Source: Tubulanus polymorphus
Taxonomy: Eukaryota; Animalia; Nemertea
DNA: 64,000 nt
Assembly (NCBI RefSeq): GCF_964204645.1
Contig: NC_134033.1
Location: 15,136,655-15,200,654 of the forward strand
Direction: 5' to 3'
Each line of letters opens with the position of its first letter. Positions within the stretch are counted from its first letter, which is position 1. The notes below the pieces were generated by a model, which saw only the letters and a list, made by a program, of their open reading frames with translations, ran no database searches and was not told the origin of the DNA. The position numbers and the translations under genes were made by a program. This document shows positions 1 to 13,481 of this stretch, one piece after another.

Positions 1-420
1 TACAACGTCTCGGGAATTCACCTGGAAACAACTCCGTATCAGTTTCATCAACACCTATCTCTAGAGCCCGAGTTTCCATCAATCCTGAAATAAATTTCAT
101 CAGATTCTCGCTAGCGGATTTCGATGAATTTGCTTGGCGTCGCCCACACGACAGTAACTGTTCTGGTGGGCGATGCTGGACTCATCTACGTTAGATAGGT
201 GTCGACTGATGCTGCACAGAGATTCGAAATAAAACACGAGATGAGATTGTTATTTTAACGAACAACACGAAGAGACAAGCTACACTTGTCATTGTTTCAA
301 ATGTCAAGGTCGTCGAAACGTTCTAATAGTGTCGCATATGAAGACCTGTCTGACAGACGGGTCGAGTGCTGGCAGTGCCTCTAGTCTCCTGACACAGAGA
401 GGGGGAGAGGGGGAGGGTGT

Positions 421-830
421 TCTAAACATCACTACTCTCTTAGTTTTGAAAATGGCTCATAGAATTGAATCTAAACGTCACTACTCTCTTAGTTTTGAAA
501 ATGGCTCATAGAATTGAATCTAAACGTCACTACTCTCTTAGTTTTGAAAATGTCTCATAGAATCGAGTCTAAACGTCACTACTCCATTAGTTTTGAAAAT
601 GTCTTATAGAATTGAGTCTAAACGCCACTCTACTCTCTTAGATTTACAAAAGGGCTCACTGGATTGAGTCGAAACCAGTACTCTTAGTTTTTCAAAAAGG
701 CTCGGATTGAGTCTAAACGTCATTATTCTCCCAGTTTTGAAAAAGTCTCATAGAATTGAGTCTAAACGTCACTATTCTCTTAGTTTTGAAAATGTCTCAT
801 AGAATTGAGTCTAAACGTCATTACTCACAT
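421..830. repeat. ~49-bp minisatellite, ~8 copies
   Basis: tctaaacgtcactactctcttagttttgaaaatgtctcatagaattgag; related sequence at ~57970-58050. Confidence 0.95.
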
Positions 831-1229
831 ATTTTCAAAAATACTGTATAGAGTTATTACCTCACAAATCTCTCAGTTTATTTTTCATGATTGAGGCGTG
901 TTCATACGAAGGTGTCATATATCCAGCTACCTTCCGACGACAGCGAGAGGGGGTGTCTTATACCAAGTCCCCTGTGACGGTAAGCACGTAGGAGGGGGTG
1001 TCTTATACCTAGCCCCCCTGTAACGGTAAGCACGGAGGAGGGGGTGTCATATCGCTATATCTATTCGGAGTAGGTAGAGAGGGTCTTATGTTACATCTGA
1101 GTGCGAAGATACCCGCGAGACAATAGAAATACAATCATGACTTATATATTCCTAGATGTCGTCTACAATATCTGCTATACATGAGATCGCAGTTTCAGTT
1201 TTGAAATGAACTTCACGACGCTTTGTTAA

Positions 1230-1512
1230 CCCTTTCAGTGCTGACTTATTAATACCCTGTATAGTGCTGGAGATAATTTGAAAATTTTAAAAAATTCCAC
1301 CCTAGTGTGTTGAATAATGGGAATACCGCTATAGTGCGTCTACACCGCGGCGCGGTGTATCGTTAGTTACTAATATTTCACTATGTTTGACTGATGCTGC
1401 CATTTTTCAAGAGAGATAATTACTAATTACATCAATACACCGCAGTGCGATGTACTAGCAAAATCCATCACTGATTTATACACCGCACTGTGGTGTAGAC
1501 GCACTGAAAGGG
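1230..1512 (+). mobile_element. piggyBac-type MITE
   Basis: TIRs ccctttcagtgc/gcactgaaaggg with TTAA on both sides (1226-1229, 1513-1516). Confidence 0.9.
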
Positions 1513-1612
1513 TTAATACAATTGCACGACTACCTCGGGAAGTCCTCGCTACATCTCGGGCGACTTGTCTGAGTCGACAGGATTGGGATAATCAGTCCGC
1601 GAGGGTCTCTAT

Positions 1613-1826
1613 GTATCACTAGTGGTATCAGGCAGGTATCACTAGCCGTATCAGGCAGGTATCACTAGCGGTATCAGGCAGGTATCACTAGCGGTATCAG
1701 GAAGGTATCACTAGCGGTATCAGGCAGGTATCACTAGCGGTATCAGGCAGGTATCACTAGCGGTATCAGGCAGGTATCACTAGTGGTATCAGGCAGGTAT
1801 CACTAGCGGTATCAGGAAGGTATCAA
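1613..1826. repeat. 23-bp minisatellite, ~9 copies
   Basis: gtatcactagcggtatcaggcag. Confidence 0.97.
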
Positions 1827-2364
1827 CGTCTATTTCGTTAATGATATTTTTCCGCTTTAATTAACTATGCTGTAGTAACGTTGAGGAGGCGCGCGACGAG
1901 GCAGTCACTGCTGCCTACAGGTATTAATTATACCAATCACTCGAGCAAATTCATCTGACGCAGAACGATCTGACAACTTCGTTCGTCTGCCAGTCTGTTG
2001 TACTTCACAGTCAGTAACTTCAACCGGGTGGCCACTGACTAGCTATTTCCCAGACTATTCCCCGACATGCACCTAGTTCTCCCTGACTTGATCTGCTAAG
2101 AATCTAATCAATCAACACAGTCAAATAGACGGAAACTGTTTGATTTTATGCGCCATCTCAACAAACTTCCGCTGTAAGTGTCCACCCTGTTCCATTACCA
2201 TGACCCATTGACTTGATTCATATCTAAGTACAGCGTTTAAACTCAAAAGCTAAATCTTTATCGAGAACCGCCGAAATGGGTCCATAATTTCGAGATCTTT
2301 CGGAATGTTTAAAGAAGTTTCCGTAAGTCGCGAAAATGTGTCGAGTAAATGAAACGAAACTTAC

Positions 2365-2571
2365 CGGTAAGTCGTTATCGACCGAATCTTCCGGGTCCGA
2401 TTCTTCTTTAGCTACTCGTATAGGTGGCGGCACCGTCTGCGGCGGAGGAGCCGACGTCGTCGTCGGGATGGAAGATTTGTTGATAAGTTCCATGACTTGC
2501 GCGGTGATGTCGTTGGAGTGCTCCGGCGGCGGGGGCGGAGGCGGTAGGTCGTCGTTGTTCAAACGGTTTTT
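2365..2571 (-). CDS. dlg1: DLG1 proline-rich exon KNRLNNDDLPPPPPPPEHSN...DSVDNDLP
   Basis: 207 nt, phase 0-0, tttttccag acceptor and gtaagt donor, GC-rich against its flanks, in phase with the previous exon; a Pro-rich linker between L27 and PDZ1 is expected in DLG1. Confidence 0.85.
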
Positions 2572-4323
2572 CTGGAAAAATATGTAACGGAAAGAATTGA
2601 TTTTTTGAAATTTTTGAGAAAAATTTAACCCTTTCATTTTCACACCCTATAACGCCGGCTACTTTATCAACGGCCAGTTGCATAGTCAAATAATTTCTAA
2701 CTCTTAAGATTGGTCTTAAAGTGTTAGATTGGCTATAGAACCAGCATGGTCGTAGACTAGCCTGGAATGAGCAACTGACCCCAGGGTATAGAACTAACAC
2801 GGTCTTAGACCGGTCTTAAAATCAAAGCAATGATTATGGAAACGACCCCTGGTACCACTAGAAAGAGATATCTAAATACGGTAAGGAATTGCTGATATTT
2901 GGGGATTCAAGACAAGTAATAATTGACAAATGGCTATTCATACGTAATCTTTATATCATGAAACCTTCGTGAAAAAAATTATCCAACAAACTTGAACAAC
3001 TGGGGCTGGGGAAGTAAATAGAGTGACTCCGATATTCAGTTCATCCCCGAGATTAGGCAAGAATGAATAGAGGTCTATTATATATAGAGCATTGTAAATC
3101 AGAGATTCTATGACTATTGGATGAATTAGGGAGGTTTACTCCCACCTCCCTGGATGAATAGAGGTTGCCAAACTGCTGCTGCTGCTGCTGCTGGTAGAGA
3201 ATATCGGGAATTGAGGAGAGTATTCTCACTGTGATGTTACATTTTATCCTCTATCCATCTCTATCTCACTAATAACGGCAGAAGCTTTTAAAATGTATTT
3301 CGCTACTTAAAAATATCAACCGTCAAATGATATACGCGGCGAACGAGACAAGAGGGGGGGAGAGAGAGAAAGAGGGAAAGGAGAGGAGAGAGAGGGAGAA
3401 AACATCCCTCGCCATCTCTACCCTCAACAGTAACATTACCCCATCAAGTATTTCATACAGATCCCGCACAGAGATGTAGGTGGCGAAAGAAATAAAAGGA
3501 AAATAGTTGATATCCAAACGCCACACTGGAGAAGCTACCTGGGCTTCCTTTTATTCAAATTTTAATTGTTCTCAGATGTAATTTCACCCAGCATTTTTTT
3601 TTAACAAGGAAAATGAAAAAAAAAAAAAACGAAAGTCTTACATCTCTACCCGCGTGCCTCCCCTTTCACCCCCCCTCCCCACGATAGCTCCTCCCTCTGT
3701 ATCTGATTCTATCCCCTCGTGGACCCCCTAAACAGCATTCGCGTGAATCATGCCGACCACGTACAACTGTATATACATCATACATATGATTAAACACATC
3801 CGAATGTCTACTGACTGCGCAGTATTCAACAGGGCACCAGTCTCACAGGACACCAGTCTCACAGGGCATCAGTCTCACAGGGCACCAGTCTCATTGTTAT
3901 CATACAAGCGCGTGGATATTCAATTAGCGTTAAATGACTAATCACTTGATCATCAGTGAATTCATTACAAATCATTATCACACAAGTATCTAGAACCGCA
4001 TTAGTCGCATTAGTCGCCAGTTAGTTCGTCGTAATTCGGCCTGTACATCAGAAACGGACCGCTAAGAATGGACCGAATCAATGCAGAGTGTTCGCACACG
4101 TTCTAAAATCAGACCACTGGTTCAGCTAAAAACACGACACTGCGATTGACAGACAATTGAAGTTTCTATTGACTCGGAGAAATGGTCCGTTTTGAAACTT
4201 AGAATAAAACTGGACTGGTCTTACGTTCTAAAGTGGAATGGACCGTACTTAGGAGGCGTGAACGCTTGGTCGATTCTAATTTAGAACGTTCTAAATAAAG
4301 CGGTGTATAGAATAATGATATAC

Positions 4324-4451
4324 CTCATTTTTGTTATTGATCGGCTGATTTCCTTGTTCCCATTTCGAAGCCATCTGAATTGTTTCCAACGTTTTCTGTT
4401 GAGTCGATTTATTTTCGTCCAGTAACGTAACTTCATAGAACTCCTGAATAT
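4324..4451 (-). CDS. dlg1: DLG1 exon (D)IQEFYEVTLLDENKSTQQKTLETIQMASKWEQGNQPINNKNE
   Basis: tttacag acceptor, gtatat donor, phase 1-0; DIQEFYEVTLLD is diagnostic of DLG1. Confidence 0.96.
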
Positions 4452-4550
4452 CTGTAAACAACGAAAGAAAAATACATCACAAACTGAACTGAATATCTTC
4501 GTAACATTTTAATAAATATTTCTTATTTCATATGGATGAATGCACTTAAA

Positions 4551-4990
4551 TCCTTTCAGTGCTAACATTAATACCCGTAAGCGCTGGAGACATTTTGAAA
4601 ATTTAAAAAATTCCACCCTAACAGGAATTTTGTTTCATACAACAGGAATACCCCGTCTACACCACGGTGCAGTGTATCGATAGTTACAATCTACTAATAT
4701 TTCAATTTGCCCTGAATAACTGACATACCGCTATTGTGCATCTATACTGCGGTGCGGTGTATCATTAGTTACTGATATTTCAATTTAAACTGAATAACTG
4801 GCATACCGCTGTAGTACATCTACACTGCGATACAGTGTATTGTTAGTTATTGATATTTCAAGTGCTGTCATCTTTCAATAGAGATCAAAGCTAGAATCTT
4901 CAATAACATCAATACATCGCGATGCGATGAACTTGCGAAGCCCATCACTTGATTTAAACACTGTACTGCTATGTAGACGCACTGAAAGGG
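4551..4990 (+). mobile_element. piggyBac-type MITE copy with internal triplication
   Basis: Same family as 1230-1512; right TIR followed by TTAA; internal unit tacaccgcggtgcggtgtatc repeated. Confidence 0.85.
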
Positions 4991-5705
4991 TTAAGACCAG
5001 GTAATTAGGCACCGGGGGTAAAGGGTTAACATTTCAGGGTTATTAAAGATCAGCGCCGAAATATTCCGCGCGGCCCACGGGTCAACAATATAACCGTCGG
5101 CGACGATGCGAAAATAATAACGCCATCGGCGACGCTCAACAATACACCGGTAACCGACGACGATGTTTGTTCGCTAAGAGAAACGACGATACCGATGCGG
5201 AGCGACGAACGGACGGAGAGAATCAAACATATTGAATAAATATCAGTATCACAACTACACAGTATCGATACACATCGTCGTGCGAGAGAGATTGATTCGA
5301 GATCTCAAATACTGACTGCTGATATATCAAATTGATATCTCATGCCAAACATCAAATACTACTTTCTACATACGTTTATGTATTGTACGCATGGATTGAA
5401 TTGTTAAGCGATATTGAACATCTCCCCCTTCCCTCTCCCTCTCCCTCTCCCCCTCTCTTTCCTCTATTCTCCTATCAAGTACATACATATATATATATAT
5501 ATGTCTGTTTGAATAGTAGGATTGTTCATTATTATTACGAATGTTTTGTAGCTGCTCGATAGAAGTTTTATAGAGTCACACGTATTAGATTGTGTTTACA
5601 CAGATAGATAGATAGATGAAGAACTAGTCAAATATAGACACAACGTCGTCGTATATAATCACTACCAGTTACATCGTGACTGAGCAACAGAAATGGGTAA
5701 CTTAC

Positions 5706-6165
5706 CAACCGGGTACTGTACCATCTAACCGGGTACTGTACCATCTAACCGCGTACTGTACCATCTTACCGGGTACTGTACCATCTAACCGGGTACTGTA
5801 CCATCTAACCGGGTACTGTACCATCTAACCGGGTACTGTACCATCTAACCGGGTACTGTACCATCTAACCGGGTACTGCACCATCTAACCGGGTACTGTA
5901 CCATCTAACCGGGTACTGTACCATCTAACCGGGTACTGTACCATCTAACCGGGTACTGTACCATCTAACCGGGTACTGTACCATCTAACCGGGTACTGTA
6001 CCATCTAACCGGGTACTGCACCATCTAACCGGGTACTGTACCATCTAACCGGGTACTGTACCATCTAACCGGGTACTGCACCATCTAACCGGGTACTGTG
6101 CCATTAAACTGGGTATTATACCCAGTGAACTGGATACTGTACCAACGACCTGGGTACTGTTCCCT
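5706..6165. repeat. 20-bp minisatellite, ~22 copies
   Basis: ccatctaaccgggtactgta. Confidence 0.97.
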
Positions 6166-6794
6166 GAACTGAGACATTACTGTTGTAGCATCACTGCCGG
6201 TACCAAATTAGCATTAGCAGTACCCGAGCATTACAGGTACCCTAGCATTACCTCATTGAAAAAAAAATTAAAATGTGCCGCCATCAGTGAACTTCGCTAT
6301 TAATATTCTACTATTTCAACTCGTGTTGATTTATAGTAAATATTTCTCCTCTCGCATCGCGCGTGCGCTGCTAAAACTTACAGCCCGCCGAATATTAACT
6401 GCCATAATATTTACATAATCAAATATTCAAATATTTATCTCTTCAGATATTTATCACAAGCAGAGCGCGGGATAGCGGCGGGTAGGAGAGATTGAGGGTA
6501 ACGCGAGGTTGTCAAAGATTCCTCTATCGCAGCGTTTTGGCTGCTCTGCGAAACATCGATATTACTTTTTGACGACGAAAACCGCACCGCCGCGCTCGCT
6601 AAACATCGCGCTCTCTCTCTCTCGTCTTAAATTGTTGTATCGCCACGACAACGGTCGACGATTTGATTTCCGTCTGGTTTTGCGCGACGCGGAAACATTT
6701 GATGATCGATTAAGACATTAGAACACTTAACGTTCAATTTTACTTGAAATGTTGTAACTCTTTCAACTTAACCCCTTATTCTCCATATCAGTAA

Positions 6795-8125
6795 TGATTG
6801 AGTTGGATGATACAGTAGACTCCGCTTAAGATCTTTTTGACTTGAGAGCGATATCTGAGTTGGATGATACAGTAGACTCCGCTCAAGTCGGATCTTTTGA
6901 TTTGAGAGTGATATCTGAGTTGGATGGTACAGTAGACTCCGCTCAAGTCTGATCTTTTGACTTGAGAGTGATATCTGAGTTGGATGATACAGTAGACTCC
7001 GCTTAAGATCTTTTTGACTTGAGAGTGATATCTGAGTTGGATGATACAGTAGACTCCGCTCAAGTCTGATCTTTTGAATTGAGAGTGATATCTGAGTTGG
7101 ATGATACAGTAGACTCCGCTCAAGTCTGATCTATTGACTTGAGAGTGATATCTGAGTTGGATGGTACAGTAGACTCCGCTCAAGTCTGACCTATCGACTT
7201 GAGAGTGATATCTGAGTTGGATGGTACAGTAGACTCCGCTCAAGTCTGATCTATCGACTTGAGAGTGATATCTGAGTTGGATGGTACAGTAGACTCCGCT
7301 CAAGTCTGACCTATCGACTTGAGAGTGATATCTGAGTTGGATGGTACAGTAGACTCCGCTCAAGTCTGATCTTTTGACTAGAGTGATATCTGAGTTGGAT
7401 GGTACAGTAGACTCCGCTCAAGTCTGATCTTTTGACTTGAGAGTGATATCTGAGTTGGATGATACAGTAGACTCCGCTCAAGTCTGACCTATCAACTTGA
7501 GAGTGATATCTGAGTTGGATGATACAGTAGACTCCGCTTAAGATCTTTTTGACTTGAGAGCGATATCTGAGCTGGATGATACAGTAGACTCCGCTTAAGA
7601 TCTTTTTGACTTGAGAGCGATATCTGAGTTGGATGATACAGTAGACTCCGCTTAAGATCTTTTTGACTTGAGAGCGATTTCTGAGTTGGATAGTACAGTA
7701 GACTCCGCTCAAATCAGATCTTTTGAATTGAGAGTATTAAGTTGGATAGTACAGTAGACTCCGCTTAAGATCTTTTTGACTTGAGAGCGATATCTGAGTT
7801 GGATGATACAGTAGACTCCGCTTAAGATCTTTTTGACTTGAGAGTGATATCTGAGTTGGATGGTACAGTAGACTCCGCTCAAGTCGGATCTTTTGACTTG
7901 AGAGTGATATCTGAGTTGGATGGTACAGTAGACTCTGCTCAAGTCGGATCTTTTGACTTGAGAGTGATATCTGAGTTGGATGATACAGTAGACTCCGCTC
8001 AAGTCTGACCTATCGACTTGAGAGTGATATCTGAGTTGGATGATACAGTAGACTCCGCTTAAGATCTTTTTGACTTGAGAGTGATATCTGAGTTGGATGG
8101 TACAGTAGATTCTGCTCAAGTCGGA
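6795..8125. repeat. 60/57-bp minisatellite, ~22 copies
   Basis: gagagtgatatctgagttggatgatacagtagactccgctcaagtctgatcttttgactt and a 57-bp variant. Confidence 0.97.
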
Positions 8126-8524
8126 TCATCCAGGACAACATTTGCCCAAACTTGAGAGTACTATGCGAGTTGAATGGAACAGCAGACCGAAGACACCGAT
8201 GCCCAAACGACATCAAGTCAAACTCACAGCATTCAATAGTAAATAACCTTTAACCTTTCATCAGCTCTCACTCATTAATCACTGACTGATTTAATCTAAC
8301 GATCAACCTCCCTGTACCTCCCCCCTAACCTCCCTCCCCTCCGTATAACCTCCCTTCTAATTCATTATCAAAAACACGTCCATCACCGGAACGCTGCAAT
8401 GAATGATGCGACGTTTTCTGAAACGTACTAAAAAAAATAAAACGAACTAAAAATCACCATCGACGTAGCTGTCCGAGTTGCCGTGACAACGAGAAAATAA
8501 CATGTTGATTGAGAACACTGAGAG

Positions 8525-9135
8525 ATAACAGTCACTGACCCCGGAACAGGAGCCATCATCGGGAGACAATCACTGGAACAATCATCGGGAGACAATCACT
8601 GGAGCCATCATCGGGAGTCCGGATTAATAATCACTGGGTCCATCATTGTGAGCCCGGGTTGACAATCACTGGGTCCATCATTGTGAGCCCGGGTTGACAA
8701 TCACTGGGTCCATCATTGTGAGCCCGGGTTGACAATCACTGGGTCCATCATTGTGAGCCCGGGTTGACAATCACTGGGTCCATCATTGTGAGCCCGGGTT
8801 GACAATCACTGGGTCCATCATTGTGAGCCCGGGTTGACAATCACTGGGTCCATCATTGTGAGCCCGGGTTGACAATCATTAACCCAGACCAGGAGCCCTG
8901 GTTACTATTACTGGAGCCCGTAACGATCAGGAGCCCCAGTTGACAATCACTAACCCCAGTTCAGGAGCCCTCATCGGGAAACAATCACTGGAGCAATCAT
9001 TAGGAGTACGGGTTGACAATCACTGGGTCCATCATTGTGAGCCCCGGTTGACAATCACTGACCCAGACCAGGAGCCCCGGTTGACAATCACTGACCCCAG
9101 ATCAGGAGCCCCAGTTGACTCCAAAGCCCCGGATG
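8525..9135. repeat. 35-bp minisatellite with degenerate flanks
   Basis: gacaatcactgggtccatcattgtgagcccgggtt. Confidence 0.95.
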
Positions 9136-9775
9136 ACAATGAATTGAATGTTTGCAACATTATATGCAGTACAGATACAGTGATGACAGGTTCTATTGAC
9201 TCTGTATAAACAATCTAGTTCGTAAGCTAATTATTACTAGTTATACTACTATTTACATCACAGACCCTCGATGATCATCATCATAATTCAAACGAGACAT
9301 CGCGCATTTTTAAACGTAGCAGATAAATATTTAGACGACAAACATAATACGGTCATAAGTAACGAAGTGTTTGATATTTAAGAGCAGTGATGTATCGGCT
9401 CTCGTTCACTCTCTCTCTCTTCATATCACATTAGAGTTAACCTTTCATCTGAATGGGATCTATACACATCACAGAACGAGGGGGGAGAGGGGAGCGGGGA
9501 GTTGAGGGGGAGTAACGTTATCCATTATTGTTTACACACTTTCATCTTGTAAACCGCGCGACAGGTTTCCATGGTAAAAACCGGCAATCGTCGAAAAACA
9601 TGGCCGCGAACATTGACGTCTCGACGGCCGGGGAGAGACGGACAGAGAGACAGACTGAGAGGTAGAGGAAGGAGAGAGGGAGAGAGAGGGAGGGAGGGGA
9701 GGGAGAGACAGCTAAGTTCAGAATGAAATACATTGATATCAAAATATCTCACACACGCTTAAGTACATACACACG

Positions 9776-9864
<89 letters not shown>
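9776..9864. repeat. (AT)n microsatellite; others at 40487-40566, 42451-42516 and 42592-42613
   Basis: Direct inspection. Confidence 0.98.
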
Positions 9865-9868
<4 letters not shown>

Positions 9869-10796
9869 AGGCCATTCTTAAAATATGCGATGATGACGAC
9901 GGTGCTCGACTTATTTTCATTATACCAATCAATTATTACTCTTAAAGAAATAGTTGTTAAAGGTCGGCGCGAACACTTTCCGAGACGAGACACGGTGGCC
10001 GCTTGGCAAGTTTTAACAAGAGCGTTTCCGAAGCGATTGCGATATTGACAATAAAAACAGCGATATATCTAACACAGCCCAGGTAAATACTACGACGACG
10101 AAGCACTATATATAAATATATACATACTCTATATACCTGTAAATAGTCATTAACCTAGATTAGCAGTGAGTAACAGATTGAGAATTCGATATAGTATTGA
10201 TATTTCAATAATGCGTATAAAATATCTGTTTAGTAGTGTTTCACCCGGATATTCCGTGAAAGGGGGACCGAAATATTATCCGTAGACATTGGTAGCAGTT
10301 TTTGGGTATAGGCTTGCACGTTATGTTAGTGTTATCCAAAATTCATTTTTATTTTCTGACCCCTTGAACACCTAAGATATTCGTTTCCGTTTCGAGAGGT
10401 TCTTCGTGCCACTCATCGCGAGGAAGATCAACAAGACACCAAAAATCTGAATTCCCCGATTCTGAATTAGGAGATACTGTCAGTGCTGTTTATCTCCAAG
10501 AGGTTCCTTGCTTATGCCACTCGTCACCAGCAAGATGAACGACACACCAAAAATGAGAATTCCCAACTTTTCTCGAAAGAATTACGATCGATTTTCCGGT
10601 GAACTTTGTAAAATACGCAACTATCGACTAGGTTTACAACTCGCAGCAAAGTATAACACCCCTGGTAAGTCCTGTTCACACGGTACACAGGACTTTAATT
10701 AAGTTCGGTGTTTCGGTACCGGGTCAGCCGAACGACAGCGCTAAGTACCGTCATTACAACAGGCAACATTCTTCAAGATCTCATAACCACCCTTAA

Positions 10797-11154
10797 AGCC
10801 TAGCGCACATCGACAGTGCGATTGGAGACGACTAGTTGCAAGGCAGTTTTCCGCGCATGAGAGGAACTGGTTGGATACGATCAGTTGCTCGAATGTGTCG
10901 ATGTGAGCGAGCTTACGATTGGTAAGCGTCGATCTATCTCCAGTTCCAGCCAGTTGCCCGTGTTCTACTCTTGAGCAACTGGTTGTACTCAATCGCAATC
11001 ATATCCGTCGATGTGCGCGCTCTGGATCTCGACGATCGACACGCGCCATGCAGTTGCTGCAACTGTTTGGTTGTAACTAGATTTCGATGTGCGCGGGGTA
11101 ATCGTTCGGTAGCAACTAGTTGTCTCCAATCGCAGCGTCGATGTGCGCTAGGCT
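10797..11154. mobile_element. PIF/Harbinger-like MITE with ~45-bp TIRs
   Basis: agcctagcgcacatcgacagtgcgattggagacgactagttgc ... gcaactagttgtctccaatcgcagcgtcgatgtgcgctaggct, flanked by taa/tta. Confidence 0.85.
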
Positions 11155-12081
11155 TTAGAGCCCTGATCCAGCTTGGAAGGAGGGCAGGGTCTAGACTGAA
11201 TAGCAAACCAATGTCATGATTGCTGAGAAAGTACGTACAACGTACAGAAGATTTCAAACGTCTGCATCACTTTCACATCCCATTAACATTAAACTCCTCC
11301 ATTAAACAATTCATTTGGTTTTTAAACAAGCAAATTTTTATCCCATACATTCCCTAAACTTGTTTTCTAATTTGGTAACAGCTTAATTGGATTAAAACTC
11401 CCACTCTTAAAAAAAGTGTCATATATATAGTGTTGAGTTTTGGACATTTAGCTCAACTAAAAGCATTTTCATTTAAGAAGGAGTTTCTAAGGAATCACAA
11501 TGAGTCGTAAGGATCGTGATGAAGAGTGGAAACATTAAATTAACTACCTAGCTAAAGGAAAAACCATCGCACTTTTCTTATTCATGAAGAAAGTTGAAAC
11601 GTTGAATCATCATCTACAGTTCAAGGACTCTTTACTTATGATTATCCACGTGGGATCTCGTCGTGAACGTGGGGAAAGAAAGGTCGGTCGCGAGAGAGTT
11701 GAAAAATATTCAGCTCATTATTAAATTGCTAAGCAACCCGGTGGTTTTTTCAGGACCACTAAACAGTTCTCAGAATTATCGGCCAGATATTTCAGAGAAC
11801 CGGATGGAAACTGGACTCTTTATCGGTGAGATATCTGAAGAGAGTCACTCACTCGCCGCAGCAGTTCGGTGCCATCATCGGTTGACTACAGTAGAATTAA
11901 TAATAACAAGCGGCGGTGCAGAGCGAGAGAACGGAGCAAGAGAACGGAGCAAGAGAACGGAGCAAGAGAACGGAGCGAGAGCCTGCTGCCAACAGGAATA
12001 CATAAACGCAGCAGTCACAGAGGACTAAATCCCTCGCTTAATTAATTACTCAAAACTACCAACGCGCAATACGGTACATGT

Positions 12082-12950
12082 CTATTCTACCAATACCCAA
12101 ACTGTTCTCTGATATTCCTATTCTACCAATACCCTCCTAACTGTTCTCTGATATTCCTATTCTGCCAATACCCGAACAGTTCACTGATATTCCTATTCTA
12201 CCAATACCCTCCTAACTGTTCTCTGATATTCCTATTCTGCCAATACCCGAACAGTTCACTGATATTCCTATTCTGCCAATACCCTCCTAACTGTTCTCTG
12301 ATATTCCTATTCTGCCAATACCCGAACAGTTCACTGATATTCCTATTCTACCAATACCCTCCTAACTGTTCTCTGATATTCCTATTCTGCCAATACCCAA
12401 ACAGTTCACTGATATTCCTATTCTACCAATACCCTCCTAACTGTTCTCTGATATTCCTATTCTGCCAATACCCGAACAGTTCACTGATATTCCTATTCTA
12501 CCAATACCCTCCTAACTGTTCTCTGATACTCCTATTCTGCCAATACCCTCCTAACTGTTCTCTGATATTCCTATTCTACCAATACCCTCCTAACTGTTCT
12601 CTGATATTCCTATTCTACCAATACCCTCCTAACTGTTCTCTGATACTCCTATTCTACCAATACCCTCCTAACTGTTCTCTGATATTCCTATTCTACCAAT
12701 ACCCTCCTAACTGTTCTCTGATATTCCTATTCTGCCAATACCCTCCTAACTGTTCTCTGATATTCCTATTCTGCCAATACCCGAACAGTTCACCGATATT
12801 CCTATTCTACCAATACCCAAACTGTTCTCTGATATCCCTCTTCAGCCAATACCCCTGAACTCTGAGAGGCCTATTCTACCAATACCCCTGGTCTCTGAGA
12901 GGCCTTTTCTACCAATACCCGAACTGCTATCAGATATTCTACCAACACAC
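12082..12950. repeat. 39/36-bp two-variant minisatellite
   Basis: ctattctaccaataccctcctaactgttctctgatattc alternating with ctattctgccaatacccgaacagttcactgatattc. Confidence 0.95.
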
Positions 12951-13349
12951 CAACAATACTCATCCCTGACTGCAGCGAACTGTCAAACTAAACCTCATCA
13001 TCAGAGGTACCGTGGGTTTTTTATTCGTTAAATACTCATCCCTTGTACCAACCATACCGGCTTCAATATGATAATAAAATCATAAAAAGTTTTTGTTGCC
13101 TTTTTTACCATCCATACACAACATGGGCCTATCCATATTGACTCGATTTGGGCCAGCCATTGAATGAAATTCTGGGAACACGCCTGGAGTTTAAACCAGC
13201 CCCAGGGAGAGGGGTCATGCCCCCCAGGTTATACCAACCACGAGATGAGCAGGGGTACATCAATTGCTTGATCCAGGGAATGGGGGCTTTGGGTATACCG
13301 ACTCCAGGGAAAGGGGGTACTGACCCCGCCGCTAAGGGATATCACTTAC

Positions 13350-13481
13350 CGAGTAACGCTTGAAACAGACGACTTTTGAAAATGCGAATAACTCGTTCGA
13401 TAGCCGTACGCAACGGACGATCTGATTGGCTGTTCAATTTCGAATGATAATCCTCCAGTAATTCCAATGCCCGGTGGGCAT
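13350..13481 (-). CDS. dlg1: DLG1 L27-domain exon (D)[43 protein letters not shown]
   Basis: 132 nt, tattttcag acceptor, gtaagt donor, phase 1-1; strong match to the DLG1 L27 domain (RALxLLExY...IERVIxIFxSxLFQAL). Confidence 0.97.

Noticed and set aside
2336-2800. Overlapping ORFs 2336-2587(+) and 2408-2800(-)
   Set aside because: Alternative frames of the GC-rich dlg1 exon plus repeat sequence
3323-3526. Possible extra dlg1 exon
   Set aside because: Best acceptor/donor pair is phase 0-2 and breaks the frame; no recognisable similarity
6788-8216. ORFs of 133-191 aa with SGVYCTIQLRYHSQ repeats
   Set aside because: Translation of a minisatellite; non-ATG starts, frameshifts between blocks, no splice signals found
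10741-11257. Three overlapping ORFs
   Set aside because: They lie within a palindromic MITE; no transposase motifs
5706-12950. Regular short repeats resembling CRISPR arrays
   Set aside because: Head-to-tail units with no unique spacers, no cas genes, eukaryotic intron context
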